From the IMG/VR virus record IMGVR_UViG_3300012012_002042: a DNA stretch of 44,045 bases; one strand, given 5' to 3'. The position numbers and the translations under genes are program-made. Positions 27,827-37,948 of the stretch are shown here, piece by piece. The notes beneath the pieces were generated by a model. That model was not told where the DNA came from, did no database searches, and was given only the letters and a program-made list of their open reading frames with translations. Source of the DNA: an uncultured virus (IMG/VR IMGVR_UViG_3300012012_002042). Its lineage: Duplodnaviria > Heunggongvirae > Uroviricota > Caudoviricetes. Each line of letters opens with the position of its first letter. The first letter of the stretch is position 1.

Positions 27827-28891
27827 AAAACCCAGCCCCGGATGTAATTGAACACCTTAAACAAATAATTCATGACGAAGCCGAAAAAAGNNNNNNNNNN
27901 NNNNNNNNNNNNNNNNNNNNNNNNNNNNNNNNNNNNNNNNNNNNNNNNNNNNNNNNNNNNNNNNNNNNNNNNNNNNNNNNNNNNNNNNNNNNNNNNNNNN
28001 NNNNNNNNNNNNNNNNNNNNNNNNNNNNNNNNNNNNNNNNNNNNNNNNNNNNNNNNNNNNNNNNNNNNNNNNNNNNNNNNNNNNNNNNNNNNNNNNNNNN
28101 NNNNNNNNNNNNNNNNNNNNNNNNNNNNNNNNNNNNNNNNNNNNNNNNNNNNNNNNNNNNNNNNNNNNNNNNNNNNNNNNNNNNNNNNNNNNNNNNNNNN
28201 NNNNNNNNNNNNNNNNNNNNNNNNNNNNNNNNNNNNNNNNNNNNNNNNNNNNNNNNNNNNNNNNNNNNNNNNNNNNNNNNNNNNNNNNNNNNNNNNNNNN
28301 NNNNNNNNNNNNNNNNNNNNNNNNNNNNNNNNNNNNNNNNNNNNNNNNNNNNNNNNNNNNNNNNNNNNNNNNNNNNNNNNNNNNNNNNNNNNNNNNNNNN
28401 NNNNNNNNNNNNNNNNNNNNNNNNNNNNNNNNNNNNNNNNNNNNNNNNNNNNNNNNNNNNNNNNNNNNNNNNNNNNNNNNNNNNNNNNNNNNNNNNNNNN
28501 NNNNNNNNNNNNNNNNNNNNNNNNNNNNNNNNNNNNNNNNNNNNNNNTTCAGAACATTGGGTGGCACCGTATTCGGAATCGGACACGTGTCCAAATTGCG
28601 CGCTGAAAAATGTGCCGCCGTTCACCGCGCAATGAGTGAACCCGCCGATAAAAAAGATATTCAAAGCATGAAAAAAACAATTCAGATTGGAAGCGAGGAT
28701 TGGAACTCCCATGAGCCGAAGTTGGATCGGTAAAGATGCTGCGGTTCTCGTGAAACAGAAAGACCTGAGAAAGCTGTTGGATTACAATCAGCCTGGAGAG
28801 GAACGGCATTATGCGGAATCGTGTGATGAAAAATCCGCCAGAGGGCATATCATCCACACCATCCGGGCACTTCGTAAAAACCTCGACGCCG

Positions 28892-31800
28892 ATGCCGAGA
28901 AAAACTGACATCATCAGCAGCCACGGGGAGCTGGTCGTCGATATTCTGTCAGGCCTCGTCATTGAGGATGAGTCCCGGTATGACAACGACGAGTTGCGGA
29001 ATATCGTCAAATTCGACGTGCCTGAATGGGAGACGTATTATCGCCGCCTGTTCGTCGGAGGTGATATTCTGGATTACGGATATTGGTGCCGCGAACCGGA
29101 TCCGCGCGCGTGGAATTTCGAACACCTGACCATTTACGAGCACCCCTCGACAGAATGGCGCCTGGACTGCGCTCGGGAGTTTCCAGCACTGGCGGTCCGG
29201 TTTGAGCATTTCGAGATGAACCCCTGCTTCCTGCTCGACGTCAGCAACAACCCCGTTCCCTACAATGACGTGAATGGCATCACGTATGAGTCGGCCGTGG
29301 GACACGAGGAGGATCCGCTGATTGCATGCTGGTCCGTTTACGGATTCACTGAGAAGGATCTGTGGCAGTGCCTGTCCGATCACAAGAATAAGGAGGATGC
29401 GGAATTTCATTTGAACCAATGGAGGACAAACAAAAAAGAATATGACAAAAGCCAAGGCGTTGGAACTGGCGAAACTGGGTGACTTCTCCGGCTGCAGTTT
29501 CGCAGACGTAGAGGATATTGTTCGGCTGACGGGATCGAAGAAGGCCATCGCTGAACGCCTCAGGAGAGTGGAGGCGATGGGGCAATTCGTGAAGACTGAT
29601 CGCGGCGTCCTCCGTGAACGCGGAGAGCATGGAGTGCATTTCACTGGACGACGATGATCGCGAATCGTAAATTGAAAGGTATGGACGCGATCAATATCAC
29701 GGAGCAATTGAAACAGGCCGGGCCTATCCGCGGTTTGCGCCGAGTGCAATTGCTGGACCGTAAAGGTGAGCCTGTGACCACGATCACGCATTATGTGAAC
29801 CGACAATTAAAGCAGCCGTTCAGCGTGATGAGATTTGTCAACAACAGCGCGGCAATTACGCATTACACGCCTCCACGACCTTGGGATGTGAGTATCGCTC
29901 CACTGAGCGGGAGCCGGCGCGGAATGCGATTCGTATACATGGATGAGGAATCCATGTGGGACACAGGAGATGTTGCAGCGCTGAAGAAACCCGCGGGAAC
30001 GCAGCCACCATTACCACCGCCAGATTATGATGCTAAAATCGGAAATAATTGAATGGCTTCAATCTTTCAAGGGAGATGTCGGGATCGCAATTGATGACGG
30101 CGGGCTGACGCTCGTTGCGATTGATGCCGGAGAGGAAATTGGAGGTTTCGAGATCGGCGGCATTCCGCTCGACGAGGAGGACGGAGACACAGGCTTGTTT
30201 TCCGGGACGCTCGCGAATGCCAGGGATTTGAGCCCCACAGAGAAACTCGTGCTGGATCACATTTTCCCAGACGCATGACATTGCGGACCGGCCCGGAGGA
30301 AGGGTTCACAGGACTGTTCCGACCGCAGATTCCTGATCACAGCCACGTATTCCGTCTGACTCCCGTGGAGCAGGCGGAGTTGGATCGGATTATGAAAGAG
30401 GCAGGAGCGAGGCACGAGAGAGCCAGGAAGGCGGCAGCCGCACGCGGTCGTCGTGACTTTCCCGGATCTCCGTTTGAGCATTCGTGGGCATTTAATGAAC
30501 AATTCAGAAACAAAATTCAAAATGGCAAAAAATATTCCTGGCAGTAGGGTGGTGATCACTATCGATGGCGGGCAAATTGGTGAAGTGTTCTTCGAGGGCG
30601 AAAAACCGCTGGAGGTTGTCGTCATCGATCTCGATGGAGTCGGAGTCGGGGAAGATACGGAGGCGGAGGCCCAGGATTTGATCCCGCTCGAAGAAGCCGG
30701 TGAGGAAGTCAAAGCGGTGATGAAGGAATATGATGGAGCCTAAAAAAGTTTACGCCACATCGCTGGAGGCCAAAGTCTCCGGTGTGAATTTCCTGAACCA
30801 ACAGATGTATGAGGCTCACGACAGAATTGTCAAAGTCTTGCAACCTTGGATTGGGAAGACTGTGGTGAGTGCGGAGGGCAAATCGCTATTGGCGAAGCTG
30901 AAGGCGAAACTCCCGTATGAGGTCGAATTCCCCGGCGTTCAGCTAGTTTACTACAAGGCCACGAGCTACTCCCTGATCGTTCATTTCCGGGTCCTCCGTT
31001 ACTACGTGCTGCCCGCGCACACGTCCGAGAATGGAATCCAGTATCACGACGGTCAGTTGAAAGTCGGTAATTTGTCCGATCGCTATTTGCATTCAATTGC
31101 CATTCGCGAGGTGTTCAACACGGATTATTCGGTGACTCAAGTGGCGACAAAACGGAAGGAACTCATAGAGGCTCGACGCGAGCTGGAAAAACTGGAACAC
31201 TGGCTGAAGCCATTTGGAGAATATGACATTTAGCGACGACGGTCAGCGACAGGCTCCAGCACAATCACCGGAACCACCGAAGGCGTGTCCCGCGCGCCGC
31301 ATGGGTATGCCGCTCTGGCGAAAACTGTCGCGCGCAGTGTGGCGGTTCCTCGTGCCATGCAAACACCTGCAAAAATCCCACTGGAGAAGCGAATGCGGGG
31401 AGTGGGAGGGAGCGTCCCGTCAACGACATTTCGCTTGCCAGCGGGCGGGGTGGGTGGAAATGGTCTGCATGATCCTGACACGCGAAAACCTTCACTCCAT
31501 CGGGAAAAACGGAATCGGCTTCAACTCCGCGCAACTGACTCTTTTGGGGGTGACGAGGGCGCAAAAGGGATGGCTGACCGGGTTGATCGGAAAGGAGATC
31601 GACGACGACACTTGGAAAACGCTGCAATACCTGAAAGGCGCCTCGCAAAAGGAGCAGATTGCCATCGTGCCGGAGCGTCTGCCGGTCTGGAAAAACTCGT
31701 TCGCGGCTGCGAAGCGGATCACCTACACGCCGAGCTGACTGCGATGCGCGCGACGAACGCTGAAGGTGTTTGCAGCAGTGACTGGATCCGCGAATGGGAG

Positions 31801-33031
31801 GCCGCGCTTGCGCACGTAGAGAAGGCCGTCGTCGCCACTCCGCTCACCGCACTGGACGATTCGACATGGGCGAAAGCATCAATGGTGATGCGCTACCTCG
31901 AATCCATCTCGGGCGAAGCGCGGAGCCATTCGCAGATCGCCTAGCTCATGGACGCCGACCCTAAAACTATGAATAAAGAACCGACTTCCTCGGCGTTCCA
32001 TGGAACGCCTTGTTCGGCTGAGAGGGTTGAGCGGTATATCGCCAGCATCCAGCAAGAGCATGACCGATGGGATGCCTTCCGCAAACAGGCTATGGATCGC
32101 CAGCAATTCACCCTCGTCGCTCGATATGGCGATGTGTGTGACGCGCTCAAAATGGCGATCAACCAAGCGCGGAAAATCCTTCTGCCGAACGGCGTTTCTG
32201 CGACTGCCTGTTCCCATATCGAAAATAAAAATGAATAGAGATTACGCGATCGAGCACTCATGCGGTATGTGGCAAATCCGCCGAAGCGATGAACTTGGAA
32301 AAGCTGTCATCAGAACAGCCAGTATGGGAAAGTCAGTTGCCACCCGCTACAAAATCGGGTCTAATCCACGGCTCAAGAACATTGAGACGCGGCTGATGAA
32401 GGCAAATGCCGCGCAATTCGGAATATCCACATAAAAAAATGAACAAAGCAACGATAGTCAGTTTGAAAGACAAGACATGGTTGAGCACAGTGCATCTCGG
32501 ATTTAAGGAGTCGTCTGACTTCCCTCACAGTTTCGAGTTTGCCATCATTCACGGCAACGAGGACGCCCCTCAGAAGGTGGAATTGTTTAAGGTCAATCAT
32601 TACCGCTGCCGGCCAGTGGTATTCCTCCCAGACGCAAACGGGAAGCTGAAGCGGGACAAGAAATTGTCGAAGAACGCGGGAACGCTGCGTCCAAGGACTC
32701 CGGCAGAAGTCAAAGCTGGCTGTTCGTGAAAGAGTATGACCTGGACGCGTTGCTGGCCGAGAACCCCGACTGTCCTGAGGGTGTCGCAATTCTGGTGAAG
32801 AAAAAGTATGGCGATGATCTGGATCACCCGGATAGCCGGGAATTGTTCCTGAGAATGATCCGCCATAAACATCGGAATGATCCGGAGCAATTGTTCAAAC
32901 TCGTCTGGGCTCCAGAAGGAAAACAGATCGGCGTTGCGAGGGCGCGTGCCGCAGTGTTGGCCATACGAATGGCGCCTATGCCTTACCGTAAATATCTGGG
33001 CGAGATCTACGCAGAGGTCATCCCGGAATGA
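28892..33031 (+). other. Run of small hypothetical phage ORFs, e.g. 28892-29482, 29442-29657, 29654-30052, 30027-30278, 30275-30547, 30522-30743, 30730-31233, 31469-31738, 31948-32238, 32439-32729, 32726-33031
   Basis: Tightly packed, overlapping + strand ORFs. Confidence 0.55.
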
Positions 33032-34038
33032 TCCCCAATTACGATCCGACCACCGGGATTTATTACGGGGTCATCAGTCAACACTCCCTGGACCCCGAAT
33101 CGCTGGACTCGGTTTGGCAGAACCAAACCGATCTCAGCTACGAACGGGCCAAACGGGAACTGATCGACAGCATGATGAAGGATTGTACGGAGGCCGCAGA
33201 TTACGATACTGAACGTCGCGAGCAGCTGTCCGGAACTCTGAGGGATCTCTACAGGAACAATGTTCAACGGAATGGGATCGTGCAGGAAATATCGGAGAAG
33301 TGGGATGAGACCGACCACACTCCCGAAACCGTGGAAGCCGATCGCGAAGCCCTCTGGGAAATTGTCAGCGAACGGTTTGGCGACAACTACCAGGGCGACG
33401 ACCATGATTGGGAATGGAAAGACCGCGGCTACGAATTGGCGAATTGCCAGACCACTGACATTTTCGTCGGCAAATCCAAATACTTCACCTTCGCCCCTGA
33501 ATGTTCGATCTGTGTGCCGAATGCCGGGAACCTCGACAGCGCGTCCGATAAAATGGCCTGTCACTCATGCAAGCGTCCGGATTCATGCATCTGGATATTC
33601 GCCGAGAAGGGCATTGAAGACAGCGGATGGGGAGTGGCGATCTGGTGCGAAGCATGCGGGGCATGGCGAACGCCGGATGCGCGTCGCGAATCCCGCGAGA
33701 AGTATCCTGTGAAATGCTACTGCATGGGCCATGAATTCTTTGAGAACGACGAGGCCCCGTATCCCGTCTGGTCTGTGGAGACTGGCAATCGGGTGGTGAT
33801 GGTTGAGGAGAAGGTGGATTGTCCTAATTGTCACGGATCTGGGCGGGACTCCTGTGCCAGGCTGGCTGTGGCGCGACAGACCGCTGTGGTAGACATTATC
33901 AAGCAGATCGAAAATGGGAGACTTCAGGTGGAGGATTTCAGTCCAGCATTTGCCAACTTCAAATGCTGGCGATGTGGCGGGGCAGGACACACGGTTGAGA
34001 AAAATCAAAAAGAACAAAATCCGAATGCCGAAAAATAA
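33028..34038 (+). CDS. Cys-rich protein with DnaJ-type zinc-finger motifs
   Basis: CSIC, CHSC, CEAC, CYC, CPNCHGSG, CWRCGGAG. Confidence 0.65.
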   Translation: MIPNYDPTTGIYYGVISQHSLDPESLDSVWQNQTDLSYERAKRELIDSMMKDCTEAADYDTERREQLSGTLRDLYRNNVQRNGIVQEISEKWDETDHTPETVEADREALWEIVSERFGDNYQGDDHDWEWKDRGYELANCQTTDIFVGKSKYFTFAPECSICVPNAGNLDSASDKMACHSCKRPDSCIWIFAEKGIEDSGWGVAIWCEACGAWRTPDARRESREKYPVKCYCMGHEFFENDEAPYPVWSVETGNRVVMVEEKVDCPNCHGSGRDSCARLAVARQTAVVDIIKQIENGRLQVEDFSPAFANFKCWRCGGAGHTVEKNQKEQNPNAEK

Positions 34039-35987
34039 TTGGCTGAAACGCAGAGTCACGATCGACATGAGCGGGGTCACTGAACATGACCTGGAGACTG
34101 CATTCGAGGAGGCAGTGAAGCTTTTGAAAGAAGGCTACCTCTCAGGCCTGAATGGAAACGACACGGGCAATTTCACATTCAAAACCGAGACTCCCGATGA
34201 GTAAGAAAATTCGGTTTAGCACTCTGGTTCGGGATTACGGACCCGTGCAGCATGCGTTGGCCATGAGGCCGAAGGCTTGGAGGAAGGCGTGGGACGAGGG
34301 CAGGACTGCCACCGTGTATCACGCCGACGATGGTGACTGGTGTGCCCCGGTGATTGCCCTTGTGCGCAGAGCTGGATTTGTGAATACGATCTGCAAAATC
34401 GCCTGGGCGAAACCGTTACCGGATGACGTGACGGAAATCATTGGCATGCGGGATAATCCGGAAGCCTGGGATCTGTGTCACCAGTCGCACCGATGAAACC
34501 GTTCTACGTTCATATCACGGATCCTTCTTTCCGTGAGGATTCCGGATATTTCTATCAAGTCCGTGGATGGCCTACAGCGGCGCGTCAGCGTGGACACTTC
34601 ATTGATGATTGGGAGGCGGCGATGGCTGCGTGCAAGAAGCATCACCCTGACGGCTGGAACGTCACAGACGTAATTAAGTTAATGTGCCGATGGAAATGGC
34701 TGATGAAAGCCTGTGATTTCGTAGTCATCCATTACTGACACATGGTCGCACTATTCTGGACGTTCGTTATGCTGGGAGGTTTGTTTATTTTAACCGCAAC
34801 ATTCTGCAAATTATGACACGCGCAATATCCGATACCGAGAGGTGCCTGTGGTACAAGATGGCCTTGGTGAATTTGAAGCAGGCTGTCCTGCAGGTCGGCG
34901 CCGGCCATGGTGTGAAGCCGGAAGATGTCATCAAGGATTACGGCGGTTACGACCTTGACGCATGGATTCCGCAATTCAAGGACGACGCGCCCGAGTTCGA
35001 CGAGTTCCTTTGGAATATGGCCAGGGAGCATGAGGTTCCGAATGAGCAAAACGAGGTGTCGTGTGCCATGCTGCAATATTGGCACCATTACGAGGCGGCT
35101 GTTCGCGGATGGCCTGCCACGTTGACTGGGTCTGCGGCGAACATCAAGACGGCGTGGGGCGATTTGGCCTTGGCCATTGCCTACTCTCAGGAATGAACGC
35201 AGAGCAGCGTCAGGCCGCCGCGTTGGCTGAGTATTTGGTCTACCTGCGATCCCTGCCAAGTATTGTGACCGCGGAATTGTCCCATGTGGATGAGGAGGGC
35301 GTCGCCCATATTCTCGTGACGCAGTATCGGGAATTCAAGTTTGGAGAAATCACACTGACAGTCGAAAAATGAAATCGAAACCACCCCATCCGGTATTTGC
35401 TGAGGGAGATGAAGTGACCTGGACATCTCAATCACAAGGCTTCGAAAAGAGGAAGCATGGTAAAATCGTGCGTGTCGTAGCCAGCGGGATTGGTCCCTCT
35501 GTCCCGCAAGGAATGCGCGTGCAGGGAGCAGGCCTGGGTGGTGCGAGAAATCATCAGAGCTACCTGGTGGGCATCGGCAATATACTCTACTGGCCCCGCG
35601 TAACGCTTCTGCGGCCGTATCTCGGATCCAAAAAGCCTGCTGAGTGATGCGTCACGTGGTTTGGCTGAAATATAATTCGGCACAGGCCCAGGTTCACCAG
35701 GAGCCTACGGGCGTGTGGCAGACAAACGGAGATGGCCCGATGGGGCTGAAAACTGCGCAAAGAATTGCGAGGGAGATTCGCGAGCACTGGCCCGGGATAC
35801 AGACGAAAGTTTTACCAGAAAACCAAACACCAGAATGAAAGAAATCATTGGCGAATATGTCAAGCAGCAGTGGACCGGGAGAAAGCAGGATCATGCCGAG
35901 GAGATCCTGGATAACGGCTTGTCGATGGTAATTCCAGGGGACACACTCGTGAGGAAATTATTGATTGTGCTGCGATGTAGTTCGTGA
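34025..35987 (+). other. Run of small hypothetical ORFs: 34025-34204, 34197-34496, 34493-34738, 34813-35196, 35193-35372, 35369-35647, 35644-35838, 35835-35987
   Basis: Overlapping start/stop codons on the + strand. Confidence 0.5.
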
Positions 35988-36000
35988 GAATGCTCGCAAC

Positions 36001-36576
36001 ATGAGTAACGAGCAATTGGATTCAGACACGAAGGGTGGAGGGGAAGTGTATTTCTTCCATAATGGGGATTACGCGAAGATTGGTTATTCCACGCAGGAGC
36101 TGCGGAAAAGACTTTGGCAGGCTCATGTGTGGTCACCACACGAACTGACCATTGTCGGATGGATATGGCACGAATTCCCCGATGTGCTCGAAAAGACGGT
36201 GCATCTCCATTTGGCTCACGCCTGGATGCGTAAAGTGACAACAGGGAATGGGGAGTGGTTTAATATCACGGTAGAAGAGTGTAAAAAAACAATTAGCAAT
36301 TATAAAAATGGCAAAATCATCTGTATCAGCGGCTGGGGTTCGGCACATAGCACGGCTTACCGGCATCCGGCCCATCTTGTTCGACCGCTACGGGGGAACG
36401 AACACGACAAAATTGGACGACATGCAGAAAATGTATCTGAACGAAAACCTGGAATGTTGCATCCCAGTATTGAATGTGTTCAGTCTATTAAGCGCGATAA
36501 ACACGCCGTCGGTGGCGAAGCGTTTCTACGGGAAACAAGGCGCAAACCTCGGGATGATGGTTCAGGCGTTCGTTAA
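36001..36576 (+). CDS. T5orf172/MUG113 (GIY-YIG-like) domain protein; the part after ~36305 overlaps the next gene in another frame
   Basis: GEVYFF....YAKIGYS....KRL......SP..L.IV......LEKTVHLHL.......GEWF is the T5orf172 pattern. Confidence 0.8.
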   Translation: MSNEQLDSDTKGGGEVYFFHNGDYAKIGYSTQELRKRLWQAHVWSPHELTIVGWIWHEFPDVLEKTVHLHLAHAWMRKVTTGNGEWFNITVEECKKTISNYKNGKIICISGWGSAHSTAYRHPAHLVRPLRGNEHDKIGRHAENVSERKPGMLHPSIECVQSIKRDKHAVGGEAFLRETRRKPRDDGSGVR

Positions 36577-36889
36577 CATTGAAGCGTACAAAACGGAGGA
36601 TTCCATGCTCGCGACGATCTGTGACGATAAAGGGAAAATCTACACGCAATCCGACCCGCGCATCACAGTGATTGGACACGTAGCGCGGTTGAAGGGTGGG
36701 ATTCCAAATCCGAAATCCCGTCCGATGATTCCGACTGGATGGAGCGTGACGTTCGTGTTCGAGATTCAGGAGAATCCCACAGTAAATTCTGAGACACTGA
36801 TCAAGATGGTGGAACAGGGCGGGATCATCGGCCTTGGAACATTCCGCCCGATCTTCGGCCGCTATCGGGTAGAGTGGCTGAGCGCGTAG
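36308..36889 (+). CDS. Stand-alone RAMP/Cas7-like RNA-binding protein (putative Vipr-type effector)
   Basis: 193 aa. N-terminal strand RLTGIRPILF, CIP..NV.S.L helix start, RPMI..GWSVTFVFEI and a C-terminal Gly-rich loop GGIIGLGTFRPIFGRYRV, as in RAMP proteins. Directly precedes the GGC-NN array. Confidence 0.8.
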   Translation: MAKSSVSAAGVRHIARLTGIRPILFDRYGGTNTTKLDDMQKMYLNENLECCIPVLNVFSLLSAINTPSVAKRFYGKQGANLGMMVQAFVNIEAYKTEDSMLATICDDKGKIYTQSDPRITVIGHVARLKGGIPNPKSRPMIPTGWSVTFVFEIQENPTVNSETLIKMVEQGGIIGLGTFRPIFGRYRVEWLSA

Positions 36890-36899
36890 AGATTTAGAC

Positions 36900-37242
36900 G
36901 GCTAGGCGCGGCCGGGCTCGGCAGGGCTGGGCTCGGCAGGGCTGGGCGCGGCAGGGCAAGGCAAGGCAAACACGAGCACCTCGGGCGGATTTGAACAGAG
37001 GTTACAATTTTCTTGGCAGGGCAGGGCGAGGCACGGCTCGGCGAGGCATGGCTCGGCAAGGCAAGGCAAGGCAAGGCAAGGCAACCACGAGCACCTCGGG
37101 CGGATTTGAACAGAGGTTACAATTTTGTTGGCGGGGCAAGGCAGGGCATGGCTCGGCGCGGCTAGGCATGGCTCGGCAAGGCGGGGCAAGGCAACCACGA
37201 GAATCCCGGGCGGATTTGAACAGGGATATTATTTTCTTGGCA
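36900..37242 (+). ncRNA. Array of putative guide RNAs: (GGC-NN)13-14 tracts separated by a conserved 44-45 nt hairpin linker; at least 3 complete units, truncated by a gap
   Basis: Tracts at 36900-36969, 37015-37084 and 37130-37194; linkers at 36970-37014, 37085-37129 and 37195-37238; a 4th tract starts GGCA at 37239. The linker stem covaries. Confidence 0.85.
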
Positions 37243-37948
37243 NNNNNNNNNNNNNNNNNNNNNNNNNNNNNNNNNNNNNNNNNNNNNNNNNNNNNNNNNN
37301 NNNNNNNNNNNNNNNNNNNNNNNNNNNNNNNNNNNNNNNNNNNNNNNNNNNNNNNNNNNNNNNNNNNNNNNNNNNNNNNNNNNNNNNNNNNNNNNNNNNN
37401 NNNNNNNNNNNNNNNNNNNNNNNNNNNNNNNNNNNNNNNNNNNNNNNNNNNNNNNNNNNNNNNNNNNNNNNNNNNNNNNNNNNNNNNNNNNNNNNNNNNN
37501 NNNNNNNNNNNNNNNNNNNNNNNNNNNNNNNNNNNNNNNNNNNNNNNNNNNNNNNNNNNNNNNNNNNNNNNNNNNNNNNNNNNNNNNNNNNNNNNNNNNN
37601 NNNNNNNNNNNNNNNNNNNNNNNNNNNNNNNNNNNNNNNNNNNNNNNNNNNNNNNNNNNNNNNNNNNNNNNNNNNNNNNNNNNNNNNNNNNNNNNNNNNN
37701 NNNNNNNNNNNNNNNNNNNNNNNNNNNNNNNNNNNNNNNNNNNNNNNNNNNNNNNNNNNNNNNNNNNNNNNNNNNNNNNNNNNNNNNNNNNNNNNNNNNN
37801 NNNNNNNNNNNNNNNNNNNNNNNNNNNNNNNNNNNNNNNNNNNNNNNNNNNNNNNNNNNNNNNNNNNNNNNNNNNNNNNNNNNNNNNNNNNNNNNNNNNN
37901 NNNNNNNNNNNNNNNNNNNNNNNNNNNNNNNNNNNNNNNNNNNNNNNN

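Noticed and set aside
27823..28712. Long ORFs spanning the N run (also 36991-38434)
   Set aside because: Artefacts of translating assembly gaps.
33002..33016. Possible self-target of unit 3 (GAn ATn TAn GCn GAn), with a similar partial match near 41573-41587
   Set aside because: Only 5 of ~11 informative dinucleotides match, which is expected by chance in a window this size. My by-eye search was not exhaustive.
36983..36998. tRNA on the minus strand (GTTCAAATCC resembles a T-loop)
   Set aside because: Flanking bases do not form a T-stem and no cloverleaf can be built.
36900..37194. Simple GGCAA microsatellite
   Set aside because: Variation is confined to positions 4-5 of each pentamer while GGC is invariant in 41 of 41 copies, and tracts are regularly punctuated by a structured linker.
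36900..37242. Canonical CRISPR array with the 45-nt linker as the repeat
   Set aside because: The intervening 65-70 nt segments are not unique foreign spacers but strict GGC-NN pentamer runs, and no cas1/cas2 or other cas operon is present.
36862..37242. ORFs across the array (ARQGKARQG and PCLALPCLA peptides on both strands)
   Set aside because: These low-complexity translations are artefacts of the 5-nt periodicity. Covariation in the linker points to RNA function.
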